Shown: positions 46,508 to 55,307 of the stretch, one piece after another | How the letters are laid out: each line of letters starts with the position of its first letter | Numbering within the stretch: position 1 is the stretch's first letter | Assembly: GCA_963770895.1 (NCBI GenBank) | Contig: CAVYRF010000002.1 | Location: 2,656,001 to 2,720,000, forward strand | DNA from: an uncultured Acidobacteriota bacterium | GTDB lineage: Bacteria > Acidobacteriota > Thermoanaerobaculia > Multivoradales > UBA5704 | DNA length: 64,000 bases | Direction of reading: 5' to 3' | Program-made: the position numbers and the translations under genes | The notes under the pieces: generated by a model | What the model saw: the letters and a program-made list of their open reading frames with translations, nothing else | What the model was told of the DNA's origin: nothing | Database searches by the model: none

Positions 46508-46646
46508 CTCCTCTCAGCGACTCTCCGGCTGCACCGCAGTCTGTGCATTTTTTGCAGTTTGTCGGCGTCAGCGACGCGGAGGAGGGGTTGCGTTTGGCGG
46601 CAGTGATTCGTATAGTCTGCACATTCGACCCAAAAACGGAGGCGGA

Positions 46647-47978
46647 ATGTTGAATAGACAGGAGATTTTGAAGGCTTCTGACGAGCAGGGAGTGCGCTTC
46701 ATGCGCCTCCAGTTCACCGACATCCTCGGGATCATCAAGAACGTCGAGATCCCGCGCAGCCAATTTGAGAAGGCGCTGGACGGACAGATCCTGTTCGACG
46801 GCTCGTCGATCGAAGGCTTCACCCGCATCGAAGAGTCCGACATGCTGCTGGTGCCCGACCTGGCCACGTTCCGGGTCAATCCCTGGTCCAATCCCGACGG
46901 CTCCAAGGTGGCGCGCATGATCTGCGACGTCTACATGCCGGACGGCGACCCGTTCGTCGGCTGTCCGCGCATGACCCTCAAGCGCCAGGTCGAGCGGGCC
47001 AAGAAGCACGGCTTCACCATGGTCGCCGGCCCCGAGGCCGAATTCTTCCTGTTCCAGCGCGACGAAAAGGGCGGCGTGCGCATCGAAACCCACGACGTCG
47101 GCGGCTACTTCGACCTGACGCCGGTCGATCGCGGCGAAGAGTGCCGGCGCGACATCGTCATCGTGCTGGAGGCGATGGGCTTCGAAGTCGAGGCGGCGCA
47201 CCACGAGGTCGCCCCCGGTCAGCACGAAATCGACTTCAAGTACGCCGATGCCCTGTCCACCGCCGACAACGTCACCACCTTCCGCTTCGTGGTCAAGAAG
47301 GTGGCCCAGGACCACAACCTGCACGCCACCTTCATGCCCAAGCCCATCTTCGGCGTCAACGGCTCCGGCATGCACGTGCACCAGAGCCTCCTCAACAGCG
47401 CCGGCGAAAACGCCTTCTACGATCCCGACGCGCCCTGGCAGCTGTCCAAGGTGGCGCTGTCCTACATCGGCGGCATCCTGGAGCACGCCACGGGCTTCTC
47501 CGCGGTCACCAACCCGCTGGTCAACTCCTACAAGCGGCTGGTCCCCGGCTACGAAGCGCCGATCAACGTCGCCTGGTCGGAAAAGAACCGCAGCCCGCTG
47601 GTGCGCGTCCCCGCCAAGCGCGGCATGTCCACCCGCTGCGAAGTGCGCATGCCCGACCCCTCCTGCAACCCCTACCTGGCCCTGGCCGTCATGCTGGCCT
47701 CCGGCATGGACGGCCTGGAGCGCAAGCTGGACGCCGGCGCGCCGGTCAACAAGAACATCTTCACCATGAGCGCCCGCGAAAAGGCCCGCCTGCGCATCGC
47801 GCAGCTCCCCGCCAACCTGCAGGACGCCCTGGACAAGATGGAAAAGGACGACGTCGTGCGCGACGCCCTGGGCACCCACATCTTCGAGCACTACCTGCGC
47901 GCCAAGCGCCAGGAGTGGGCCGCCTACATCTCCCACGTCCACCCCTGGGAGCAGGACCGCTACCTCACCGAGTACTGA
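46647..47978 (+). CDS. glnA: Glutamine synthetase type I
   Basis: FDGSSIEG, EAEFF, HHEVAPGQHE, FMPKP, NGSGMH, NSYKRLVPGYEAP, RCEVRMPD. Confidence 0.97.
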   Translation: MLNRQEILKASDEQGVRFMRLQFTDILGIIKNVEIPRSQFEKALDGQILFDGSSIEGFTRIEESDMLLVPDLATFRVNPWSNPDGSKVARMICDVYMPDGDPFVGCPRMTLKRQVERAKKHGFTMVAGPEAEFFLFQRDEKGGVRIETHDVGGYFDLTPVDRGEECRRDIVIVLEAMGFEVEAAHHEVAPGQHEIDFKYADALSTADNVTTFRFVVKKVAQDHNLHATFMPKPIFGVNGSGMHVHQSLLNSAGENAFYDPDAPWQLSKVALSYIGGILEHATGFSAVTNPLVNSYKRLVPGYEAPINVAWSEKNRSPLVRVPAKRGMSTRCEVRMPDPSCNPYLALAVMLASGMDGLERKLDAGAPVNKNIFTMSAREKARLRIAQLPANLQDALDKMEKDDVVRDALGTHIFEHYLRAKRQEWAAYISHVHPWEQDRYLTEY

Positions 47979-47984
47979 TCCCCT

Positions 47985-48054
47985 CGGTGGGGCGAAGTGC
48001 TGACCGCCGGCCTCGCCGCTGGCGGCCCGCCGCTTCGCCCCACCGCCGTTGTTT
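47985..48054 (+). terminator. Long hairpin after glnA, probable terminator
   Basis: CGGTGGGGCGAAG (47985-47997) pairs with CTTCGCCCCACCG (48033-48045), followed by a weak GTTGTTT tail. Confidence 0.55.
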
Positions 48055-48098
48055 GCGCGTGGTACACGACGCCATGCGGCAGGGCGTAGAATCGCCAC

Positions 48099-49505
48099 AT
48101 GGCTACCCGGAAGCGGACCGCCGCCGGAGGACCTGCCGAGGCTGCGCGAGTCGATGGGCTGTATCGGCCCTTCGTGCCGTTCGCGGATTGGGGCAGGCTC
48201 GGCGGCGTGCGCCGGGATCTGTGGGCGCGGTTCGCCGCCGCGCTCGCCCAACGCCGGCAGCTGGCCCGCCCCGACCTGCTGGAGCGGGCGGTGGCGGTTG
48301 CGCTGCGCTCGGCCGCCCTGGATACCGGTGCCATCGAAGGTTTGTACCAGGTCGATCGCGGCTTCACCTGGAGCGTCGCGGTGCAAAGCTTCGCCTGGGA
48401 GCTGGCTCTGGCGGAGCGGGGCGACAGCGTGCCGCAGCTGTTCGCCGCCCAGCTGGCGGGCTACGAGCTGGTGATCGGCCTGGTGGGCGGACGGGCGCCG
48501 CTGGGCGAGGCGTGGTTGCGCTCCCTGCACGAGCGGATCTGCGCGCCGCAAGCGACGTACCGTGTGCTGACCGCCCAGGGGTGGCAGCAGCAGACGCTGC
48601 CGCTGGGCCTCTACAAGGCGGTGGCCAACCAGGTGCGGCTGGCGGACGGCACCGTACACGCCTACGCGCCGGTTGCGGACGTGGCGGCGGAGATGCACCG
48701 CCTGGTGGAGCAGCTCCGCTCCCCGGCATTCGAAAACGCCCATCCGGTCGAGCAGGCTGCCTACGCCCATCATGCGTTCACCGCCGTGCACCCCTTCGCC
48801 GACGGCAATGGCCGGGTGGCCAGGGCGCTGGCATCGGTCTACCTGTACCGCAGCCTTGGCATTCCGTTCGTGGTCTTCGCGCACCAGCGATCGCCATACT
48901 TTGACGCCCTGGAGCACCTGGACCGCGGCGATGCCGACCCATGGCTCTCCTTTGTCGCCGACCGCGGTATCGACACGATGCAGCTCGTCCTCGAAAGCCT
49001 GCAGGCGGCAGCCGCGCCGCGCCCGGACGAAATCGCCGAGCCGATGGCCGCGGACGATGGAGCGCGGGGCCGTACCGATGCCGAGTGGGACAACCTGGCG
49101 CTGCACCTGCTGGTGGGGTTGCAGGACCGCTGGGTGCGCGCCATCGCGCCGCTTCTGGCCGGCGCCGCGATCGAGCGCGGGCCTGGCGATTGGCGGCCGC
49201 CCGCGGGCTATCGCCGCATCGACAGCCCGCGTTTTCCCGTCCTGACGCTGGCGCTGCGAGCGCCGGCCCCGGTGGCGTTCACGCGCATGATCTCCTTGCG
49301 GGTGAACGTGGCACTGGACGATGCCAATCCCTTCGCCTTCCAGCTGGAGGCCTGCGGCAGCGACGACCGGCTGGACGTGCGCGACGCCGACGTGGCTCCC
49401 GACGTCAGCGACAGCCTCCTGTTCCGCATCGACCTGTGGACCGAGCGCCAGCTGGCCACGATGATGGCGGAGCGGGCGCGCCAGGTGGCCGGCGCCCCGG
49501 CCTAG
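48099..49505 (+). CDS. Fic-domain protein (class II, N-terminal inhibitory helix)
   Basis: Canonical HPFADGNGRVAR. Inhibitory (S/T)xxxE(G/N) motif TGAIEG. Confidence 0.9.
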   Translation: MATRKRTAAGGPAEAARVDGLYRPFVPFADWGRLGGVRRDLWARFAAALAQRRQLARPDLLERAVAVALRSAALDTGAIEGLYQVDRGFTWSVAVQSFAWELALAERGDSVPQLFAAQLAGYELVIGLVGGRAPLGEAWLRSLHERICAPQATYRVLTAQGWQQQTLPLGLYKAVANQVRLADGTVHAYAPVADVAAEMHRLVEQLRSPAFENAHPVEQAAYAHHAFTAVHPFADGNGRVARALASVYLYRSLGIPFVVFAHQRSPYFDALEHLDRGDADPWLSFVADRGIDTMQLVLESLQAAAAPRPDEIAEPMAADDGARGRTDAEWDNLALHLLVGLQDRWVRAIAPLLAGAAIERGPGDWRPPAGYRRIDSPRFPVLTLALRAPAPVAFTRMISLRVNVALDDANPFAFQLEACGSDDRLDVRDADVAPDVSDSLLFRIDLWTERQLATMMAERARQVAGAPA

Positions 49506-49786
49506 CCGAAGCGCCCTTCGCCGCGGCAAGACCTCCCCCCCTCGCCCCCGGCCCGAGCGCGGTCGCGCCGTCAGGCGCGCCGCGGTCGGGGCAATCAGCC
49601 GTAGGTGCGACGACGCCTTCCGCGAGCGTGTGGCGGCGAAGGTTCACCGTGCGAGGCAACCCTTTCTACCGTTCAGGTCACCAATGCGTTATGAGCCACA
49701 CCCATCGAGCTCGGCTCGAGCAGGTGCGGATCAGGCGGCTTTATGGAGAACCTGAACCGCAGTCACTGAGACTGAGGAGAGCACAG

Positions 49787-51421
49787 ATGAAAGAAAGACC
49801 TTCCCGATGGGCTGTCGCGTTCATCCTGCTGTTCTCCAGCGCGTCAGCCTACGCCCAGGACGCGTGCGAACGCCTCACTGCGGCAAAGATTCCCAACGCC
49901 GCGATTACGCTCGCGCAGACGGTTGCGGCGGGCACGTTCAACGGCCCTCCCGCGCTTAGCGGCACCGATCTCTCGCCTTTATATAAGAGTCTCCCGGCAT
50001 TCTGCCGCGTCGTTGCCGAGGCGAAGCCGACCGCGGACTCCGACATCAAGCTCGAAGTCTGGCTTCCGGTCTTGGGATGGAATGGCAAGCTGCAAGGGAT
50101 CGGCAGTGGCGGATTCGCCGGACTGATTGACGATATGCAGCTCGCATTGTCGGTGAAGGCGGGGTACACCGCGACGGCGACGGACACGGGCCATACGGGA
50201 TCTCCGGGCGATGCGGGTTGGGCGATGGGGCACCCGGAAAAGATTATCGATTTCGGTCATCGCGGAATTCATGAGATGACGCGCGTCGCCAAGACGGTCA
50301 TCGCGGCTTATTACTCCAAGCCGCCGCAGCGCTCATACTTCGCCGGATGTTCCGACGGCGGGCGTGAGGCGTTGATGGAAGCCCAACGTTATCCCGAGGA
50401 CTATGACGGAATCCTGGCCGGCGCTCCCGCGAACAACTGGACTGCTCTGCTCGCGACTGCAGCGTATGACATCCAGGTCCTGACGACGGATTCGGCCAGC
50501 TTCATTCCTCTGGCAAAGATTCCCACGATTGGAGCGGCGGTGAACGCCGCGTGCGACGAGGTGGATGGCGTGCACGATGGGATTCTGAACGATCCGCGGC
50601 AGTGTCACTTCGATCCCGCGACGATCCAGTGCAAGGGAGAGGATTCCGACAAATGCCTGACGGCTGCGCAGGTCGCTGCGTTGAAGAAACTCTACGCGGG
50701 AACGCTTGATTCCGAAGGGCACGTGGTGTACCCCGGCTATCTGCCCGGCGCCGAAGAGGGCCAAGGCGGCTGGGGACTCTGGATCACCGGCCCGGCGCCC
50801 GCGAAGAGTTTCATGGCGGCTTTCGCCAATGGATTCTTCTCCGCCTTTGTCTTCGGGAACTCCGCTTGGGACTACAAGACGTTCAAGGTTGATGCGGACC
50901 TGAAAGCCGCCAATGAGAGAACCGCGCAGGCCCTGAACGCTATGGATCCCGACCTCAAGCCGTTCAAAGCCCGCGGAGGAAAGTTGGTTCTCTATCACGG
51001 CTGGAACGATCCGGCGATCACGGCGTTGAACACGATCGACTATTACGAGAGCGTCATCAAGAAGATGGGGCAAAAAGACGTCGACTCTTTTGTCCGCCTC
51101 TACATGGCGCCGGGCCTGCAACACTGCGCCGGAGGCCCGGGACCGGATTCCTTCGGAGCGGTGCTGACGCCGCTGTCGGACGTCGCCGTCCATGATCCGA
51201 AGTTCGACGACCCGCAGCATAGCGTCCACGCGTCTTTGGAGCAGTGGGTGGAAAAGGCCGCGGCGCCGTCAAAAATCATTGCGTCGAAGTTCGAGGGCCA
51301 GGACCGCACGCACGCGAAGATGACGCGGCCTCTATGCCCATATCCGCAGGTAGCGAAGTACAAAGGCCGCGGCGATCCGAATGACGCCGCGAACTTTGAG
51401 TGCGAGCGGCCGACGAAATAA
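49787..51421 (+). CDS. Secreted tannase/feruloyl esterase family hydrolase
   Basis: GAGGAG RBS, signal peptide, ATDTGH, GCSDGGRE, YHGWND, QHCAGG, TRPLCPYP. Confidence 0.9.
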   Translation: MKERPSRWAVAFILLFSSASAYAQDACERLTAAKIPNAAITLAQTVAAGTFNGPPALSGTDLSPLYKSLPAFCRVVAEAKPTADSDIKLEVWLPVLGWNGKLQGIGSGGFAGLIDDMQLALSVKAGYTATATDTGHTGSPGDAGWAMGHPEKIIDFGHRGIHEMTRVAKTVIAAYYSKPPQRSYFAGCSDGGREALMEAQRYPEDYDGILAGAPANNWTALLATAAYDIQVLTTDSASFIPLAKIPTIGAAVNAACDEVDGVHDGILNDPRQCHFDPATIQCKGEDSDKCLTAAQVAALKKLYAGTLDSEGHVVYPGYLPGAEEGQGGWGLWITGPAPAKSFMAAFANGFFSAFVFGNSAWDYKTFKVDADLKAANERTAQALNAMDPDLKPFKARGGKLVLYHGWNDPAITALNTIDYYESVIKKMGQKDVDSFVRLYMAPGLQHCAGGPGPDSFGAVLTPLSDVAVHDPKFDDPQHSVHASLEQWVEKAAAPSKIIASKFEGQDRTHAKMTRPLCPYPQVAKYKGRGDPNDAANFECERPTK

Positions 51422-51468
51422 GCACCTGTGCACGCAGCCCCAGGATTCATGGACAGGTTGCCCTGTAT

Positions 51469-51573
51469 ACCCTCATCGCTCAGAGCTGCCTGGACCACGA
51501 TGTAGCTCTCGTCACCAGGGATGGCGACTTTCGCCATTTCGCCGCAGCCCGCGGCCTGCAACTACTCGGCTGA
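51469..51573 (+). pseudogene. 3' remnant of a VapC/PIN toxin gene
   Basis: Hand translation TLIAQSCLDHDVALVTRDGDFRHFAAARGLQLLG* matches a PIN C-terminus. The N-terminal part is absent. Confidence 0.7.
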
Positions 51574-51745
51574 GCTCATTACGGATGACCTCAACCAAGG
51601 TGGCTGTGCCGCCTGGCTGACCGGCGTAAGGTTCATGGCGCTGCCCAAATGACGCGAGGGCTCAGTTTCTACTACGATGCGAAGGAAGATGCTCCGCGGG
51701 CCACGGCGGAGCTCCAACCGAGCGAATACTACGAGGAACTCACCT

Positions 51746-53035
51746 ATGAGAACCCAAAGTGGGGCAATGGCTAAGCCAATCCGGCCGGCGCGCGGGCCGT
51801 CCGCCTGGGGTCCCCTTCTTGCCGGGCAGGATCGCCAGCGGGCTCTGACGGCGGTGCATGCGATTGCCGACGATCTCCGAACGCTCCCCTTGCCGCGGCA
51901 AACCTCCGAGTCGGTCTGCGACCTGGCGTGCGCAGCTCTGTTCCTTACCTATCTGGCGCAGGCAACGGGCCGCACCGGCGATGCCGTGGCGGCGCAGACG
52001 CTGCTTGAAGCTGCCACCGACCGCGCAGGCGTCGCCGAGCAGCTACCGATGTCCCTCCAAAGCGGCGCCACGGGGCTCGCCTGGGTCCTCCACCACATCG
52101 CGAAGGTACTCGAGCTCGAGGGCGCCGCGGTAGCCACGAGCTCCCTCGACGAAGAGCTGCTTGGACGTCTGCATGGCCCCGCGGACATCGGCGAGCCGTA
52201 CGATCTGCTCGACGGACTCGTCGGGCTGGGGGTCTACGGCTTCGAGTCCGGAAACCGCCCGCTGGTGGAGAGAGTCATCCGTCGCCTGGCGGCACGCAAG
52301 CAGGCTGCCGCCGAAGGTCTTGCCTGGCATATCCCTCCGGAGGACGGCGAGGGAGACTGGTTCGCAGAGGGCCACTCCAACCTGGGACTCGCGCACGGCG
52401 TCGCGGGCGTCGTCGCCTTTCTGGCCGGCGCCATGGCCGAGGACATCGAACCAGACACGGCTCGTCCGCTGCTGCTTGACACGGTCCACTGGGTCCGCCG
52501 CCAGCGCCTGCCGGACGGCGAGGCGCGCGCTTTTCCCTGGGTTGTAACCCCTGGACGGCCGCCGTTGACGCAGGGCCTCGATCCGGGGTGGGCCTACGCG
52601 GATTCGGGCATTGCTGCGGCGCTCGGCCACGCGGCGCGGGTGCTCGGCGACGCGGACCTTCTGGAGGAAGCCCTCCTGGTAGCCGAACGGGAGGCCGCAG
52701 GCATGGACGAGCTGCCGGTGCGCCAGCCCAGCATCGGCTACGGACCGGCGGGCTTTGCGCAGATCTTCACGCGCCTCTACCGGCAGACGGGTCGGCCGAC
52801 GTTCCGGCGCGCCGCTCGCAGGGAGGTCGTTCGCCTCTTGGAAATGCAAGCGCCCGGAATGGGAGCTGGCGGTTTCTTGTCGCAAGACGAAGCGGGTCGA
52901 CCGCACCAGGCGGACGTCAGCTTCCTTCGCGGCACCAGCGGCATCGGCCTTGTACTGCTGGGCGTCGCGACTGCCGTCGATCCGCTGTGGGACCGGCTTC
53001 TTCTACTCTCTCCTCTCCGCCTGGAACCGCGCTAA
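51746..53035 (+). CDS. Standalone LanC-like (lanthionine cyclase fold) protein lacking the Zn ligands
   Basis: YDLLDGLVG, NLGLAHGVAG, FLRGTSGIGL, WDRLLLLS present. WCYG reads WAYA; CHG reads GYG. Start ATG 51746 follows GAGGA. Confidence 0.85.
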   Translation: MRTQSGAMAKPIRPARGPSAWGPLLAGQDRQRALTAVHAIADDLRTLPLPRQTSESVCDLACAALFLTYLAQATGRTGDAVAAQTLLEAATDRAGVAEQLPMSLQSGATGLAWVLHHIAKVLELEGAAVATSSLDEELLGRLHGPADIGEPYDLLDGLVGLGVYGFESGNRPLVERVIRRLAARKQAAAEGLAWHIPPEDGEGDWFAEGHSNLGLAHGVAGVVAFLAGAMAEDIEPDTARPLLLDTVHWVRRQRLPDGEARAFPWVVTPGRPPLTQGLDPGWAYADSGIAAALGHAARVLGDADLLEEALLVAEREAAGMDELPVRQPSIGYGPAGFAQIFTRLYRQTGRPTFRRAARREVVRLLEMQAPGMGAGGFLSQDEAGRPHQADVSFLRGTSGIGLVLLGVATAVDPLWDRLLLLSPLRLEPR

Positions 53036-53151
53036 AAACGCACTCCGCGATAGCCCCGGCTCCATTTCCGAAGTTTCGCGCACTGCTATAGATGTGAAGA
53101 CTCAATCCCTGGCAGAAGTCGACCAGGGCCGGACCGAGAAAGGACACCAAG

Positions 53152-53301
53152 ATGAAGAAGCAGAGCACCATCCTGAAGAAGCTGAGGATCAACAGCGAAA
53201 CCCTGCTCCCTCTGGCATCACGCCAGATCCATAACGTTAAAGCGGGGGCGGGTGCCGGCACAATGGTACACCTCAACAACTCACGCGTCATCCACGACTA
53301 G
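53152..53301 (+). CDS. Unannotated 49-aa RiPP-precursor-like peptide, Cys-free
   Basis: GAAAGGA RBS then ATG. MKKQSTILKKLRINSETLLPLASRQIHNVKAGAGAGTMVHLNNSRVIHD*. Leader motif KKLxINxETL. Directly downstream of the LanC-like gene. Confidence 0.75.
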   Translation: MKKQSTILKKLRINSETLLPLASRQIHNVKAGAGAGTMVHLNNSRVIHD

Positions 53302-53440
53302 GATGCCTTTTCGCCAGGTACTCGCGGCGCGATCGAGCGCTGTCGATGTGGCGGCCCAAGGTCTTCGCCGCGCCGTGAGTACCAATGCCAGGCGGCCTCT
53401 CGCCCATACATGGCTGAAGCCCCTGCTCCCGACCTTAAAG

Positions 53441-53468
53441 GCTGCGTGAGCCTGGCGGCTCACGCAGC
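53441..53468. terminator. Perfect 12-bp hairpin downstream of the peptide gene
   Basis: GCTGCGTGAGCC-TGGC-GGCTCACGCAGC. No clear U tract. Confidence 0.45.
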
Positions 53469-53601
53469 TGCTCCTGCGATACGAACGACTCCGGCCCCTT
53501 GAGCGGTGACTTGACGGCCAGCACTGCTCACTTTTGCCTGCCGCGGGACGTCGCGGCGGCCGAGCGCGCGGCCGGCCGGATGCTGCAAGATGCCACCATG
53601 T

Positions 53602-53715
53602 TCAGCGTTTCATGATGTGCAGGGCGCGCTCCACGATCTTGTCGACGGTGAAGCCGAAGCGCAGATACAGGTCCTTGGCCGGCGCCGAGGCGCCGAAGCC
53701 TTCCATGCCGATCAT
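53602..53715 (-). pseudogene. 3' remnant of a transketolase gene
   Basis: MIGMEGFGASAPAKDLYLRFGFTVDKIVERALHIMKR* matches the transketolase C-terminus. In-frame TAG 12 codons upstream. Confidence 0.8.
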
Positions 53716-54254
53716 TTCAGATGGAAAAGGACGATTTCGTGCGCGCTGCTACAGTATCGGACGACAGCGGTCCAGGATATGGTTTGCCTCAGCGGTGTGC
53801 ATGAAGGCGCTGAACGAGAATCCCGATTTGAACTCGGTTGTGGGCAAGATCTGGTCTCCCGTCAGAACATCAGCGCATAGCATAAGAGCCTCGGCGTATA
53901 ACGTCATCACCTCATCCGCGGCGAAAGCCAACGCGCACAGATCGAGCAGTTCGGGGTCGACGGCGCCATCTGCTTTGCCGGTGCACCTCGAGCTGGCCCG
54001 CGGTCACGCGGCCCTGGGTCACGAGTACCAGGCGATCGCTGCCAAGCAGAACTCTCTGGACTGCTTGTTCTGCTTTCTTAAGGGCGCTCGCCGATCAGGC
54101 GCTCAACGCACGGTTCGCTCCAGGAAACGCTGACTGGGTGCCCGGTAGGGCTGCCGAGTTGCACCTCCCGCCTGAATTCTACGGCGAGGTTTCGGTACCT
54201 GAGGGACGCATAGCTGGTATGCTTGAGGCGCTGAAACACCGCAAGGAGTGAGGG

Positions 54255-55064
54255 ATGAACAAGCACGGTCTGGTGTGGCTGATGCTGGCCTGCGCGTTGG
54301 TGTGGGCGGGGCGCGCGCAGGCGGCCTCGGTGGCGGAGGTGAAGGCGCGCGGCAAGCTGGTGATGCTGTGCTTTCCGCACCAGGAGAATCCGTTCATTCG
54401 CGTCAAGACCGAGATCGACCTGCAGCATTATGAAGGCATCGATTACGAGGTCATGGCAGGCTTTGCGCGCTCGCTGGGTGTGCCGCTGGAGGTGCGCCCG
54501 GTGAAGCCGTCGTTCGCCGCCCTGGTGCCGGAGCTGCTCGCCGGCAAGGGCGACGTGATCGCCAGCTCCTTCAGCATCACGCCCGAGCGTCGCGCCAAGG
54601 TGGAGTTTTCGACGCCGTACTTTGCCGTGCATCCGGTGGTGGTGGTGCGGGCCGACAGCGCCGCGCGGACGCCCGCCGACCTGGCCGGCAAGACCGCGGC
54701 GACGGTGCGGGGATCGAGCCTCGAAGAGCGCACGCGCGCGCTCAAGCCGGGCAAGATCGACTACGTCGACTTCACCCGCTGGAACTACGACGCCCTGGAC
54801 GACAAAGAGGCCGATTTCACCGTCCTGGACGAAACTTCGACCTGGCGCCTGCTGCGCTTCTACCCGGCGCTCACGGTGGCGTTCCAGCTGCCCGGCATCG
54901 ACACCTACGCCTATGCCGTCGCCCCCGGCGGCGACCTGCGCGCCGCCCTGGACCGCTACCTGGACCAGCTGCGCAAGAACGGCCGCCTGGCGGAGATCGT
55001 GCGCCGCTTCGTGGGTGACGCCGGCGCCGCCGGCCTGCTCGCCGCCGCGCCGGCCAAGCCATAG
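54255..55064 (+). CDS. Orphan amino-acid-type substrate-binding protein (SBP family 3)
   Basis: Signal peptide, GIDYE, GKGDVIASSFSITPER, FSTPY, VRGSS. Confidence 0.85.
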   Translation: MNKHGLVWLMLACALVWAGRAQAASVAEVKARGKLVMLCFPHQENPFIRVKTEIDLQHYEGIDYEVMAGFARSLGVPLEVRPVKPSFAALVPELLAGKGDVIASSFSITPERRAKVEFSTPYFAVHPVVVVRADSAARTPADLAGKTAATVRGSSLEERTRALKPGKIDYVDFTRWNYDALDDKEADFTVLDETSTWRLLRFYPALTVAFQLPGIDTYAYAVAPGGDLRAALDRYLDQLRKNGRLAEIVRRFVGDAGAAGLLAAAPAKP

Positions 55065-55307
55065 GGCCGGCTCTCCGCTCTCGTTTGCCACCGCTCAGCC
55101 GGCGGCGCCCTCGCGAGCCGCGACCCGGTTGTCGGGAACTTGCGAGTAAGATAAAGTGGCAAACACGTCAATTGCGGCAGCAGTCCCGTGCTGGCGGTGC
55201 AGAGCGTCCGGACGGCATGGTGGGCGGGTGGGCAGCATCCTGCCTGCCGTGGCTTGCCGCCAGCGTCATGCAGGGTCACTGCTGTCCTTTCCAAGGAGGA
55301 ATCTCGG

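Noticed and set aside
46530-46547. NtrC-like box TGCAC-N8-GTGCA upstream of glnA
   Set aside because: The spacer is one base longer than the TGCAC-N7-GTGCA consensus and no convincing sigma54 -24/-12 motif follows.
48941-49786. N-terminal extension making an 826-aa tannase
   Set aside because: It overlaps the Fic gene in another frame. The RBS and signal peptide start at 49787.
51677-51745. Longer N-terminus for the LanC-like protein from ATG 51677
   Set aside because: No RBS there; ATG 51746 has GAGGA at a suitable spacing.
55157-55175. Possible sigma54 promoter TGGCA...TTGC upstream of the carbonic anhydrase-like gene
   Set aside because: GG-to-GC spacing is 4 bp too long for a -24/-12 promoter.
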